Below, piece by piece: positions 1-11,426 of a stretch of DNA of 64,000 nt. The notes under the pieces were generated by a model. It was not told the DNA's origin and searched no databases. It saw only the letters and a program-made list of their open reading frames with translations. Position numbers and translations under genes: made by a program. The stretch lies in the NCBI GenBank assembly GCA_964270895.1, contig OZ185440.1. The stretch is one strand, 5' to 3'. Positions within the stretch are counted from its first letter, which is position 1, and every line of letters starts with the position of its first letter. Origin of the DNA: Podarcis filfolensis. Taxonomy: Eukaryota.

Positions 1-627
1 TGATATCTTCTGCCTTCAAAGTGGATGCTCTGCCCCTGGGCTACGACCCTTCCCCATACTTTAAAGGTAGTGGCCTCAGCAGCTTGATCAAGGTCACAAG
101 AGAGACAGCAGCAGGAAAGCTAACCTTCATCCCAGCGTGTGCACAAGTCCAGTCAAGTAACCTGATCTGAGCTCCTGCATGCTTTCTGCAGCCTTCCTGT
201 GTCAATATGTTGCCTAATTGACTTTAATGGAGCTCTCTGCTCATGTAGATTTGTGTAAGCATAGATCAGACAGATGGGCTTGGGGAATCAGCAAGGACGC
301 AGCAACAACCCCATTGCTGTCCCCTTTCACTGTGGAACAGAGAAAAGAATCTCTGCTTTGTTTACATGTCTGATTATTTTATTTTAAAAGCATGCAAAAC
401 AGTCTCAGGGTTGGCACATTTCCACTAAATATGAGTATTTTGGCAGCATTCATAAATACTTGGTGTTTTTGGTAGAAATATGAACCCTGTATTCCATTGT
501 GGAATAAAGTTTACGCCGTTCATTCTTTTTAAGCTTTCTATAATTATTAAGGTTATTCCAGGTTGCCACCAGAGTATTATTGGTGGGAGGAACCAGCTGG
601 GGAACTACTAAGGGGAAAAGGCTCAGA

Positions 628-1140
628 GCCCAGGGTACTGGTGGTGGGACAGCGATGAGTGGTCAGACGGAGAAGTCTGGGAAGAGGAAGTGTTGGAAGT
701 GGAAGAGATAACAGGGTTCAGTGAGCTGGGAGAGTCGGCGGCAGAGAGAAGTCCAGAATCAGATGCAGAGGCTGAAGCAGGTGACTGGGAGGAAGGAGGT
801 TGAGGCAGAGATGAGTCAGGCTGGTGAAGAGTCATGTGCTGCGACAAGCTCATCTCCCATCTTGTGCCCCAGAACCAAGAGAGGCATGAAAAGGACAGAG
901 GACAAATTGGCTGCACACAGGCACAGTCTCCTATTGTTTGGGGAAAGCCCTGAACGGGAGGGGACTTAGATGACTGTGAGGAGGAGTGGACTTTCAGTCT
1001 CGGCAACTGATTTCATGGAGAAAGACCCACCAGGAATGAGCTGCTGTGGTCTTTAGGCCAAGTCTGTGGAGACCGTGTTTTTGCTAATCAAGAGTTAACT
1101 CCAACTTTGAATGGTGTGATTTACTGCTGGCTCATTCTTT
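628..1140 (+). mobile_element. Degraded LTR-like element (same family as 45081-45581); boundaries approximate
   Basis: Collinear similarity to the reverse complement of 45081-45581: cccagggtactgg start, acidic GA-rich body, CCCAGAACCAAGAGAGG motif, and aatcaagagttaactcc vs aataaagagttaattcc near the 3' end. Confidence 0.55.
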
Positions 1141-2199
1141 GTACTGCCTTGTAGTCCAGCATTTTTCTGGTTATTCCGGTGCTGTGGTTGTGATGGTGCA
1201 AGGAGACATTTGGCAATACAAAAGGGAGTGTGTGAAGACTGGCACATGAAAACTGTGCCTGGGTCCCTCATTTATAGGGAAGGGGAGATGGAGAGGGTCC
1301 AGGAGCACACACTGTCTTGAACATGATGGGGAATAGAGTAGAGGATGGGGGCAATGGGGTTTGAAACTGTAAATAGCAACCTTCGCAACCATTTACAGAG
1401 GTTGTACATTTTTTTAAAAAAACCCAACAACAACCCAGTAAGTACATTGATGAGACAGAATATGCAATGTTTTGTGAACAGAAATATAATTGGGATAATA
1501 CGAGATGCAGCATACAAGAAAAGGCACATAGTCAAAAAATGGGAGCAGAAATTTAATTGCATTATAAATTGCTACTAAAGGCTAAAATGTCTCAGGGTAA
1601 CATTTTCAAAAGGTGAAGACTCTAAAGCAGATACAAAAACAGGCTCATCAACCCTCAGGATTGATACTTAGGTTACGCAGAATAAAAGAAATCAGCAATA
1701 AAAAGAGCCATAGGGAGGTAGCGAGGAGAGAGAATAATGGTCTGGCATGATGGCTATGCACTTATGAATTTCTTCTCCACTGCAAATGGTCTGTTTGGAC
1801 ACGAGAGCCCTACAGTCCTGGATTTCATGCAATCTAAAAGATTGATCTTAGTTGGCTTGATTGGCTTGAGATGTTTTATTCTGTACGAAAGAATGAAATC
1901 TCTCAAGAGTACCCAAATCGTAAATGGCATAATTATGACTGGCAGGGTCTACAAAACTAGGAGTATATTTTTCAATCTTTTGAAGCAACAAATATGAGAC
2001 TATTTCTATTCCGCCTTTTTGCCTGACAGGAACTCTAGGGTGCTTACAGAGAAGAACAAGAACCACTAAAAACATAGAAAGAACAATTGTTGGGGGGGAC
2101 AAAACACTGATAGCATTAAAACTATCCATCATCTATCTATATCTATCTATCTTTCATCTAATATTTAAAACATACAATCACAACAAACACAGCACGGTA

Positions 2200-2710
2200 C
2201 CAGCCCTTTCATCAAATGCTAGAGTTGGAACAAGAATGTCTTCGCTTGCCAGCGAAAGGACAGTAAGGAGGGAGGCAGTTTAGCCTCTCTAGGGAGGGAG
2301 TTCCAAAGTTGACTGGGAGAAGCCACCACCAAGAAGCCCCTCTCTTGCATCTCTACCAAGCGTGCCTGTGAAGGTGGTGGGAGCGAGAGAAGAGAATCCC
2401 CTGAATATTTCAAAACATGGACAGGTTTGTATGAGGAAAGACAGTCTTTTGGGTAGCTTGGATGTAAGACATGTAGGGCTTTATAGGTCATAACCCGCAT
2501 TTGAATTGTGCATGGTAGTCGGTGGAGCAGTTGTAGCAAGAGTCATCTACTCCTTATAACCAGCCCTGGTTAACAATCTGGCTGGAGAACGTTGAGCCTG
2601 TTGAAGTTTCTGAGCATTTTTCAAAGGCAGCCCCACGTTGAGCTCATTACAGGAATCCAAATGGGGTGTTACAAAGGCATCTGTCATTGTGGCCATTAAG
2701 GATGCCATCT
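2200..2710 (-). mobile_element. Old L2-type LINE ORF2 3' fragment
   Basis: Minus ORFs 2547-2753 and 2219-2539 read as a decayed L2 ORF2 C-terminus (FVTPHLDSCNELNVGLPLK, TYKALH, LWNSLP...KTFLF). Confidence 0.75.
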
Positions 2711-2721
2711 TGACACCCTTA

Positions 2722-3090
2722 AAAGGTAAAGGTAAAGGTACCCCTGCCCACACGGGCCAGTCGTGACCGACTCTAGGGTTGTGCGCTCATCTCACTCAAG
2801 AGGCCGGGAGCCGGCGCCGTCCGAAGACACTTCCGGGTCACGTGGCCAGCGTGACGAAGCTGCTCTGGCGAGCCAGCACCAGCGCAGCACACAGAAACGC
2901 CGTTTACCTTCCCGCTATAAAGCGGTACCTATTTATCTACTTGCACTTAGGGGTGCTTTTGAACTGCTAGGTGGGCAGGAGCTGGGACCGAACGACAGGA
3001 GCTCACCCCGCCATGGGGATTCGAACCGCCACCCTTACGATCAGCAAGTCCTAGGCACTGAGGTTTTACCCACAGCGCCACCCGCGTCCC
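2722..3090 (-). mobile_element. Sauria SINE, divergent subfamily, full length
   Basis: Head gggacgcgggtggcgctgtggg on minus, tttacctttacc tail, 12-bp TSD ttgacaccctta at 2710-2721 and 3092-3103. Confidence 0.93.
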
Positions 3091-3623
3091 TTTGACACCC
3101 TTATTTAGTGTTAATTTAATAAAACAGTTGTGTTACTATACAGGCCTCCTCCTGTTCAGTGGAATCTGTATCACTACTTCTGTTCTGGGGTGCCAACAGA
3201 ATTTTCTAGGCCTACTATATGTGGATTGGGTCCTTCAACCACTCACAAATGAGGACACAAGATTTGCATAGGCTTTGTATCATATGCAATTTGTATCTTC
3301 TTTTGCAGATGGAGTGGAGGGTTCAAAAACAAATAAGCGTCCGCACACATAATAAAATATCTGACAGAAAAAAATGTGAAAAGCTAGAACTTTCCCCATA
3401 ATTGCATTTCCAGTCATAAACTGTAGAATTTCTGCCTGCTACACAGTTGTTAAAGGCTCCAGCATATCATAGGTGACTTGTCAGGAGGTCCTGTAAACAT
3501 GTGACTATAGTTCCACTGGGATGCTCTGCTTGGTTTCGAAGAGGCCAACAGCACTTCCAGACTGCCACATGAAGGCTTGGCCACAATACTGTGTGCCTGG
3601 TAGACTAGGGATTTGTTCTACAT

Positions 3624-3760
3624 CGGATGTGGGGAACCTTTGTCTCCTCAAATGTTGCTGAACTACAACTCCCATTGGACCCAGCAAGCATGACTCATGG
3701 CCAGGCAAGACAGGAGTTGTAGTTCAGCAACATCCAGTAGACCTAAAGTTCCCACACCTG
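3624..3760. mobile_element. hAT-type palindromic MITE (137 bp)
   Basis: Imperfect TIRs, internal inverted gaactacaactcc/ggagttgtagttc, perfect 8-bp TSD ttctacat (3616-3623, 3761-3768). Confidence 0.85.
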
Positions 3761-5745
3761 TTCTACATTAACAGAATTTTAAAGACACTTCAACCTCGTG
3801 GTTTTTAAAAATAATAACAAAAAACCTTAAAGAGGATTTAAAGATACACAGCCTCACGCAATTAGTCTTGATTTAAATGACAGTTATGAAACTAGACTGG
3901 TGAGTCCTCAAACATGAAACACCGTGGCTAAGGATTTCAAAGCCATCTACTAGAGGATTTGAATGCATAAGTTGAGGGACCTGTGCTTTTAAATCCCCAG
4001 AGCTGGTGTGCAAATATCAACCTGTATGAGTGCTACATGGATACTAGCAATGGAGGCAAAATCTAATGGAGCATATTCATCCTCCTATTAAATCATGGAT
4101 GCATGCTACGCTTCGGGAATGTCTTGGAATTGTTGGTGCTGAAGGCATATATATATATATATATAGAAAATTGTTACCCGCTATCCATTATAAAATAATC
4201 CTAAAGTGGGGGACAATGCCAATACAATACAAATAAAACACAATAAAACCATACAGTTGTCCATCAGTAAACAATAAAACAGGGACAGAGCTACCCTCCC
4301 AGACTGGATCTGAAGGTTGCATTAGGCAGAGGTGACCCTCCACCCAGCAATCCCAAATCAGCTGGCCTCTTGCCAGCTGCCAAATGTGTGAGTGGGCAAG
4401 AATCCATTCACGGCATCCTCTGCCAGTGGGAACAGTGAAAACAGCAAAAATGGGAAACTGCAAGCGCAGGTGCAGGGCTGAGTTGGCCCAGGATCTCCTG
4501 GATCCCAGGCTAGCCTGCCAGTCATTGTACAATAGCATCAAGCCTGAATCTGATTGTCTTGCTTCCCTTTTGTTGTAACTGCCAAGAGAAGCAGTTCACC
4601 TGAGTAGGTAACAGAGGATACTGTGTTACACCTCTCAGTTCACGTGTGATGTTAGTAACGCCAGGTAGACAAGAGGTAGCATCTGGAAAGACTGCTTCTG
4701 GTGTTGCTGGAGCAGTTTATGAGGTCAGAAATATGCATATGTGCCCTAGCTGAATATACCCTGTTTTATTTCTGACAGGCCAACTGTGAGCATAAACAGG
4801 CATTAAACAACAAAACAGGTTAAAGCATATTTCACTTCTGCTTTTCTCACAGCTTGTAGTATTTTATGGAAGTGGAACGAATCAGTCCGAATAAGTTATG
4901 CAAATCAGACAGATTAATTTTGTACATAATGCATGATTAGGGCACTTGGAGTGCATATTATGCAAATGGTGTCAACTGCGTTTGAGGGGTTAGGGTTTGG
5001 CAAACCCTATTTAAGGAGGAAGCAATTACTTGAACAACCCCCTCTACGAAGCTTGCAGGGTTGCCAAGTTGACATCCGTGACACCTCCAACAGAATATCA
5101 GTTACTAAATTAGCTGTAATATCACATGTCTGTGAGAGGAATGATTATCTTTCCCAATGCTTGCTCTGGCTGTCACTTTTCTATTGGTGTGTCACTATTT
5201 CCACTGCAGACACAAATCCATAGGCAGAAATATCTTGGTTTGATTTTTTAAACTATTTCCTCAAACAAGTCTCGCCCAAAAGTCAAAGCCAAATTTGCTT
5301 TTTATGCGGTTTTGAAGTGCCAGATTATTATGACAACTTGCAAAAGTGGAACCAATTATCTTTATTGCTGCTTAACAGAACACACAATATATATATATAT
5401 CCCAAGCTAATGTAATCCATACTTAATTTTGCAGTTAGCAACCCTGAATGGCTAATTCTATAAAATGCCACAATGAAATGAAAGAATGGCCTGAAGATAC
5501 AAACAGTTACTTTCAACAGTCTAATGGGTAAAGATGGCTTAGGTTGCCTCCAATCCAACTGGAGAAGCCAGGGACAGAAAATAGGACTTCTTGCGTGCAT
5601 TGATTACTTCTAAGTAAGTATATACTGCATAGCAGCCAAAATCTACCAAATTTCTAATCAAATTATTTTAAAAACACAAACAGTATAACTGGTATACATT
5701 TGGCCTCATATAACTCCCTGAATGGTATCTGACTAAGTTTTACTA

Positions 5746-6097
5746 GGGACGCGGGTGGCACTGTGGGTTAAACCACAGAGTCTAGGACTTGCTGATCAGA
5801 AGGTCGGCAGTTCGAATTCCCGCATGGGGTGAGCTCCCGTTGCTCTGTCCCTGCTCCTGCCAACCTAGCAGTTCGAAAGCACGTCAAAGTGCCAAGTAGA
5901 TAAATAGGTACCGCTCTGGCGGGAAGGTAAACAGCATTTCCGTGCACTGCTCTGGTTCGCCAGCAGCAGCTTAGTCATGCTGGCCACATGACTCGGAAGC
6001 TGTACGCCGGCTCCCTCAGCCAATAAAGCGAGATGAGCGCCGCAACCCCAGAGTCGGCCACGACTGGACCTAATGGTCAGGGGTCCCTTTACCTTTT
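5746..6097 (+). mobile_element. Sauria SINE, full length
   Basis: tRNA-like head, typical body and cctttaccttt tail; 13-bp TSD actaagttttact (5732-5744, 6098-6110). Confidence 0.95.
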
Positions 6098-7287
6098 ACT
6101 AAGTTTTACTCAGAGTAGACCTACTGAAATTGTCATGTTCATTCATTTCAGTGGGTCTGTTCAGAATAAAACTCCATATATAGCCAAAATGGCACCACTC
6201 ATGCGCAAGATGAAGGTATTAGCAAGCTTGGATGAACTCCAAGATTTGTAGGTACTCAACAAATCAGGGAGGATAACCCCTATGAGGGACCCCAAAACAG
6301 CCTAATGAATACAGAATATACTCTTGTGGTCACACAATGCTGAGTGCCTATTGTGGAGCAAGAAAGCGGGAGGAGAAATGCAGCGGAGTGCCCTGGAAAT
6401 GGGCACAGCTGGCTGGCACCCTGAACAGGTGCATTCCACGCTGCAGCGTTTTATTGCAGGTTTCTCTTGTCTGCTAACCAAGAGCAAAGGGTTCCCCCCT
6501 CCCTGCAATCACTGATATGAATGGCAGCTGCATTTCAGAATCACTTAAAACCCACCTCCTTGCTTTTGAAGCCATAGCACAATTTCCCTAGCTAACAGAT
6601 CACACTGTTTGCATCAGTGTTAAATTACGTATCGGGCTGTATGTAACACTGTATGCCAAATAGGCAAGGTTATTTATCGCATTGCCTTGGAGCAGAATGA
6701 ACAGAGGTTGTTTTCATAAAGAACACTATAAATCGGGTCTGCTACCCTGAGGGATCACGCCCTTTTGCTAAAAGGTATAACTAATCATTTCAGCTGCTCA
6801 GAGAGGGTTTCTCCCTCCCCGCTCCATTTGTGGAATTTCAATTACAGGGGAGTGCTTTTATGTCCCAGTCATACATGACTGCAGTTACTCCTGACCAGGA
6901 AAATTTGCAAATCAAATGTTCCTTGTAGTTTACTGAAGGGATATATGTGTTCGCCCTTTTTTGGCAGATGCAGCAGAATATAAGGGTATGTTTTCTGAAC
7001 ACTTTCACCTCATGTTCCACATAAAAAACGGATCTTATGCCAAACTGAGAACTTGACAGGAATGAATGAATGAATGAACAACGGATGTTCTGGTAGCAGC
7101 AAATGTTTTTTGTTTGTTGGTTGGTTATTCCTGGAAATGAAACCAACTATTAATTTCAAAAGCACTTTGACAGACTTGTGACGCTAAGCTAGACCAGAGC
7201 CCAAGAGATTTGTAGTTCATGCACGCCACATACGAAGGCAATTCTGCAAGCAGCACGGACTAACATAAGAATGTAAGAGAAGTCCTG

Positions 7288-7560
7288 GTTGTTGTTGTTG
7301 TTTAGTCGTTTGTTAGTTAGTTGTTGTACGACTCTTCGTGACCCCATGGAGCAGAGCACGCCAGGCACTCCTGTCTTCCACTGCCTCCCGCAGTTTGGTC
7401 AAACTCATGTTGGTAGCTTCGAGAACACTGTCCAACCATCTCGTCCTCTGTCGTCCCCTTCTCCTTGTGCCCTCCATCTTTCCCAACATCAGGGTCTTTT
7501 CCAGGGAGTCTTCTCTTCTCATGAGGTGGCCAAAGTATTGGAGCCTCAGCTTCAGGATCT
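7288..7560 (-). mobile_element. BovB (RTE) LINE 3' end, 5'-truncated
   Basis: Minus frame reads ...QYFGHLMRREDSLEKTLMLGKMEGTRRRGRQRTRWLD...RALLHGVTKSR, the typical BovB ORF C-terminus, with a (CAA)n tail. Confidence 0.92.
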
Positions 7561-7750
7561 GGTAGCTCAGGCCAAAGGACTGCCCAGTCTAGAGTCCTGC
7601 TTTCTGCAGCAACAAGTTAAATTCTTATGGGAAGCACACAAGCAGGACATGACCGGAACAGCCCTCTTCTGCTGTTGATCCCTAAAAACTGGTATTATTT
7701 CAGAGGTATGTGGCCTTTGATCCTAGAGTTCGCACATAGCCATTATGACA
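7561..7750 (-). mobile_element. CR1-type 3' UTR remnant interrupted by the BovB insertion (other part at 7262-7287)
   Basis: aacataagaatgtaagagaagtcctg (7262-7287) continues after BovB as ...tcaggccaaagg...; reverse complement ends in a cttatgtt tail. Confidence 0.5.
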
Positions 7751-8760
7751 TGGGCTGTGCAGCTCCATCCATGGAGGTGATAACATGAAGGCATATGCAC
7801 ACTTACCTGGGATTAAGCCGTGCTGTACTGAATGGGACTTACTACTGAACAGACAGGTATGGATTGCATTGTTAAGAACTTAGGTCTGTTACGTTTTTTC
7901 CTCCACAGCCAATACCAGGACCACCACCAACAAAAGATATAGGGAGACAAGAATTGTGCCTGACAAAAATTTTCTTTCTTCACTTCTCAGCTCACCCATA
8001 ACTTTAAATATGAGCTGACATCACAGAGCGGCTGCTCATTACATTAAGTGAAACAGGAGAAAGAAACTGCACAAACCCCAAAACAGCTGTTTCAAACTTT
8101 TCTGTTAACAAGATTGGATAGTTTATGGGGAAAGGAGGCTATATAGATTTTTCCTAGGAGTGCACTTGTGTTTCACTCTCTGGAAAAACAGGTTGCACAT
8201 ATTAATTAAAAAAACCAAGCAAAATTGTTTTTTTAATCTACTGTACATCCATATTCAATGTGCACAACAAAATTGTAAGTTAAATTGTAATTTTAAATAA
8301 GTTTTAAAAAGGTATACCTTACAAAAAGAACCCTTTCTCTTCCCTGTTCATGACATGGTTGCCCAAGGCATACAGTCTATGCTATGTCAATTTCACTTGT
8401 ATAAATATATCCAAATCAAAAGGAATGCGAAAAAGAAATAAAATATGGAAGAAGTGTCCACTGCTAACAACCACCTCCATATACAAGGGGCAAACTACGC
8501 AGTACATACCATCGTGTGACACAACTAGAGTTCGTTTAAAAGACCAACTGCACCATCCTATAACGTGCACACAAAAGTAAGTCTAATTAAAGCTAATGGG
8601 ACGTGCTCCTACGTATGTGGGTATAGGATTGCAGCCTAACTTAAAACTATGGTTTGACAATTCAGGATCATCAATCTTTTTGTTGTTGTTGAAATTAACT
8701 ATAGTTTGGCTTCATACCAAGAAGGCTTTTCAAGGAGTGGGGAGGCTTTGAAATCCTGTA

Positions 8761-8986
8761 CAGTGGTACCTCGGGTTAAGTACTTAATTCGTTCGGGAGG
8801 TCTGTACATAACCTGAAACTGTTCTTAACCTGAAGCACCACTTTAGCTAATGGGGCCTCCTGCTGCTGCCGCACCGCCAGAGCCAGATTTCTGTTCTCAT
8901 CCTGAAGCAAAGTTTTTAACCTGAAGCTCTATTTCTGGGTTAGCGGAGTCTGTAACCTGAAGCGTCTGTAACCCGAGGTACCACTG
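8761..8986. mobile_element. Tc1/mariner(pogo-like) MITE, 226 bp
   Basis: TIRs cagtggtacctcgggtta / taacccgaggtaccactg with TA TSD on both sides. Confidence 0.92.
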
Positions 8987-10049
8987 TAGAGCTTCAAAGT
9001 GGGGAGGCTCAAAAAGCCTGCTCAGCACCAATCCCTTTCAACACAGAGATCAGCTCAGGGTAGGTTTTCCAAGACTCCTCACACCCACCCCTTTCAAGCC
9101 CTGATTGTGGAGCCTAAAAGGAGGGTTATGGGAGACTTGGAAGTCTGCCCCACGTTCATCCTTGCAAACTTTTGCCGCACCCCACCTGGCAAAGTTGAGA
9201 GTCTGTGCACACACAGGAGTGGGCACGACAAGCTGATAATTTTGCTGCCCCACTGTCCAACCTGCTGCTTGGGACACATGCCAGCTCTCTCTCCCCTGCT
9301 TGGTCCAGGCCTGCACCCATGATGAGAAGTCTTCTATGATTTTTGAAGTAAGAATGCAGTTTCTTTGCTCATAAACTGATACAGAACGGGAAGTTTCGTT
9401 GTGCACAGCTTTAGAAAAGACGCGTTTCTGAGCAGGGTGCACCCTCTTCTGGTAAGAAACAGCATGTGCAATTGTTATTGAACAAACAAAATTATGACGT
9501 GGATTTTGTCAACAAAGAGGTCTGTTGAGCCTTATTGACTACTAGCAAATGGTGATCAATCATCACCATGTATATGACTCCTTGCAAAAGTTAATCATAT
9601 CGTATACAACTTTACACATGAGTCCCATTTGCTTGTAGGTTTTACTCCCAAGTAATTTTAGGATCGGTACCCAATCCGATTCATCTTTACACAGAAGTAA
9701 TTCCCAACTTCTTAATGGATCTTCTACCCAGCATTCCCAAACTATGTGTGCTTAAAATGTAGAAGCCTCTAGCTGATATATATATATCACTGCATTTTAT
9801 TTATGATTGTTATTAATCGAGGGCCAAATGTTCGTTTTATTAACACACTGATCCCGCTCTTTATTATCAAATTCCAATTCAGCTTACAAAAAATTCAGAA
9901 AATAAAAATAATAATAATATCTAGATCCCATTCAGGTAGAAGGTGCTTAAGAAAGAAAGAGAGCAGGTCTCTGCCCGCAGGTGCTTCCAATCGAGAAAAA
10001 GACACACTGGAAAGAAGCCTGAAAAGGAAGTGAAACGGAGGCAGCAACG

Positions 10050-10760
10050 GGGGCTTCTGCCATGAAAACACGAGCTTCAGGCAGTATATAGATGGAAGTA
10101 GCCCGCGATCGCCGCCTCCTCCTCCTTTCCACCCATCTTGAGTCTTGACGCTGCCTTAGATAAGCCCTTTATTTCTACCGCTTAGGTGCAGCCCCCCCCC
10201 CCACAAAGAATGGCTGCTTGGTTCCGCCCGCAGCCTAAAGGACCTACGCTCACTCCACCCCCACCCCTGTCTCAATGGTTCGGTCCTCTTTCAGCCAGCC
10301 AATTATCTCCCCCGCCCCCCCCCCCCCGCAATCCGCTTCCTCTCTCAGGCACTTCTCTGAAGCGATTCTCTCCCCGCCCCCCCGCCCACCGCGCCGTATC
10401 TTTTTTTGTGTGTGTGCTCGGCGCGCGCACCTCTGTCGTCACATCCGCAAGGTCTCGTCGCCCCTCGTTTCTTCCGACGCTTTCCCAGGGTTCCCGCTCT
10501 TTTTTCCAAGATGGCGGCTCCCGAGCTGGCTGCTGCTGAGAGCTGGCTCCGTACCCGGGACGTGCTTCTGCACGAAGGGCCCGAAGACTTCGGGTCGCTG
10601 CTGCTGTCGGCCCCGGTCCTGGAGGGGCTGAAAGCTGCCGGGTTCCTGAGGCCTTCCCCAGTGCAGCTCAAAGCCATCCCGCTGGGGCGCTGCGGCCTAG
10701 GTGAGGCGGGATGAGGGATTGGGAGGGCAGGTGAGGCCGTCGCCTTCTGCGGCAGGATCC
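10050..10760 (+). promoter_or_regulatory. DDX20: CpG-island promoter and exon 1 region of DDX20
   Basis: High GC and CpG density, GC boxes (ccccgccc), NRF1-like ggcgcgcgca near 10420, ETS-like cttccg near 10471, YY1-like aagatggcgg overlapping the ATG. Confidence 0.85.
10511..10700 (+). CDS. DDX20: DEAD-box helicase 20 (Gemin3), coding exon 1 (190 nt)
   Basis: caagATGG Kozak context; MAAPEL...RTRDVLL...[20 protein letters not shown] (Q motif); donor AG/gtgagg. Confidence 0.95.
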
Positions 10761-11014
10761 CCAGGGTCAGCAGATCCCGATATGGATCTTTCTCTCTCCT
10801 CGCCCTTGTTCCTTGTGTAGATCTCCACTCCTTCCCTGGCAGGGAATGGACTGCCATTGGGGTTTTGGCTTCGGGTGCAAAAATGTCTTGGGCCGGCCCT
10901 GGGTGTAGAGTCTTTGTGCCAAAGGATAGGAGTGTGTCAGAAGTCAGGCCAAGAACTTGCGTTGGGAAGAAAAATGCTGCTGAGGCAGTGGAGCAATGTG
11001 GGCTGTAGAAGGTA

Positions 11015-11426
11015 CAGTGGTACCTTGGTCCTCAAACTTGATCCGTTCCGTAGTCTGTTCCAAGGCTCGCTTTCCCATAGAAAGTCATGCAGAATGGATT
11101 CATCCGTTCCAGGCTTTTAAAAACAACCCCTATAAGCAATAAACAATGTACCTCAGTCACACAATCAATCAGTCAGTCAGTAGCTGAACTGGGTTCCACA
11201 CAGTCAAAAAAACAAAAAAGAGAGCCACAAAACACAAAATAAATAGCAAAAACAGGCAGACCTCAGCGTAACACTCAAAATGGAACTGTGGCACTCAAAT
11301 TGGAAGCGCAACACTCAAAACGGAGCATGTTCGGCTTCCAAAAAAAGTTCTCACACTTCTGGGTTTGCAGTGTTTGTGTTCCAAGTTGTTTGAGTACCAA
11401 GGCGTTTGAGAACCAAGGTACCACTG
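11015..11426. mobile_element. Tc1/mariner-type MITE, 412 bp, in DDX20 intron 1
   Basis: TIRs cagtggtaccttgg(tc)ctcaaac / gtttgagaaccaaggtaccactg, TA TSD. Confidence 0.9.

Noticed and set aside
5746-5830. tRNA-like A/B-box sequences (also at 16800, 32379, 42851, 55205, 58960)
   Set aside because: These are SINE heads continuing into SINE bodies and tails, not complete cloverleaf tRNA genes
1-10400. INKA2 (FAM212B) coding exons expected upstream of DDX20 from human synteny
   Set aside because: No minus-strand exon resembling INKA2 found by eye; it may lie outside the window
10345-10857. 170-aa antisense ORF over DDX20 exon 1, plus other ORFs at 10186-10631
   Set aside because: Expected by-product of a stop-poor GC-rich CpG island; no recognisable domain
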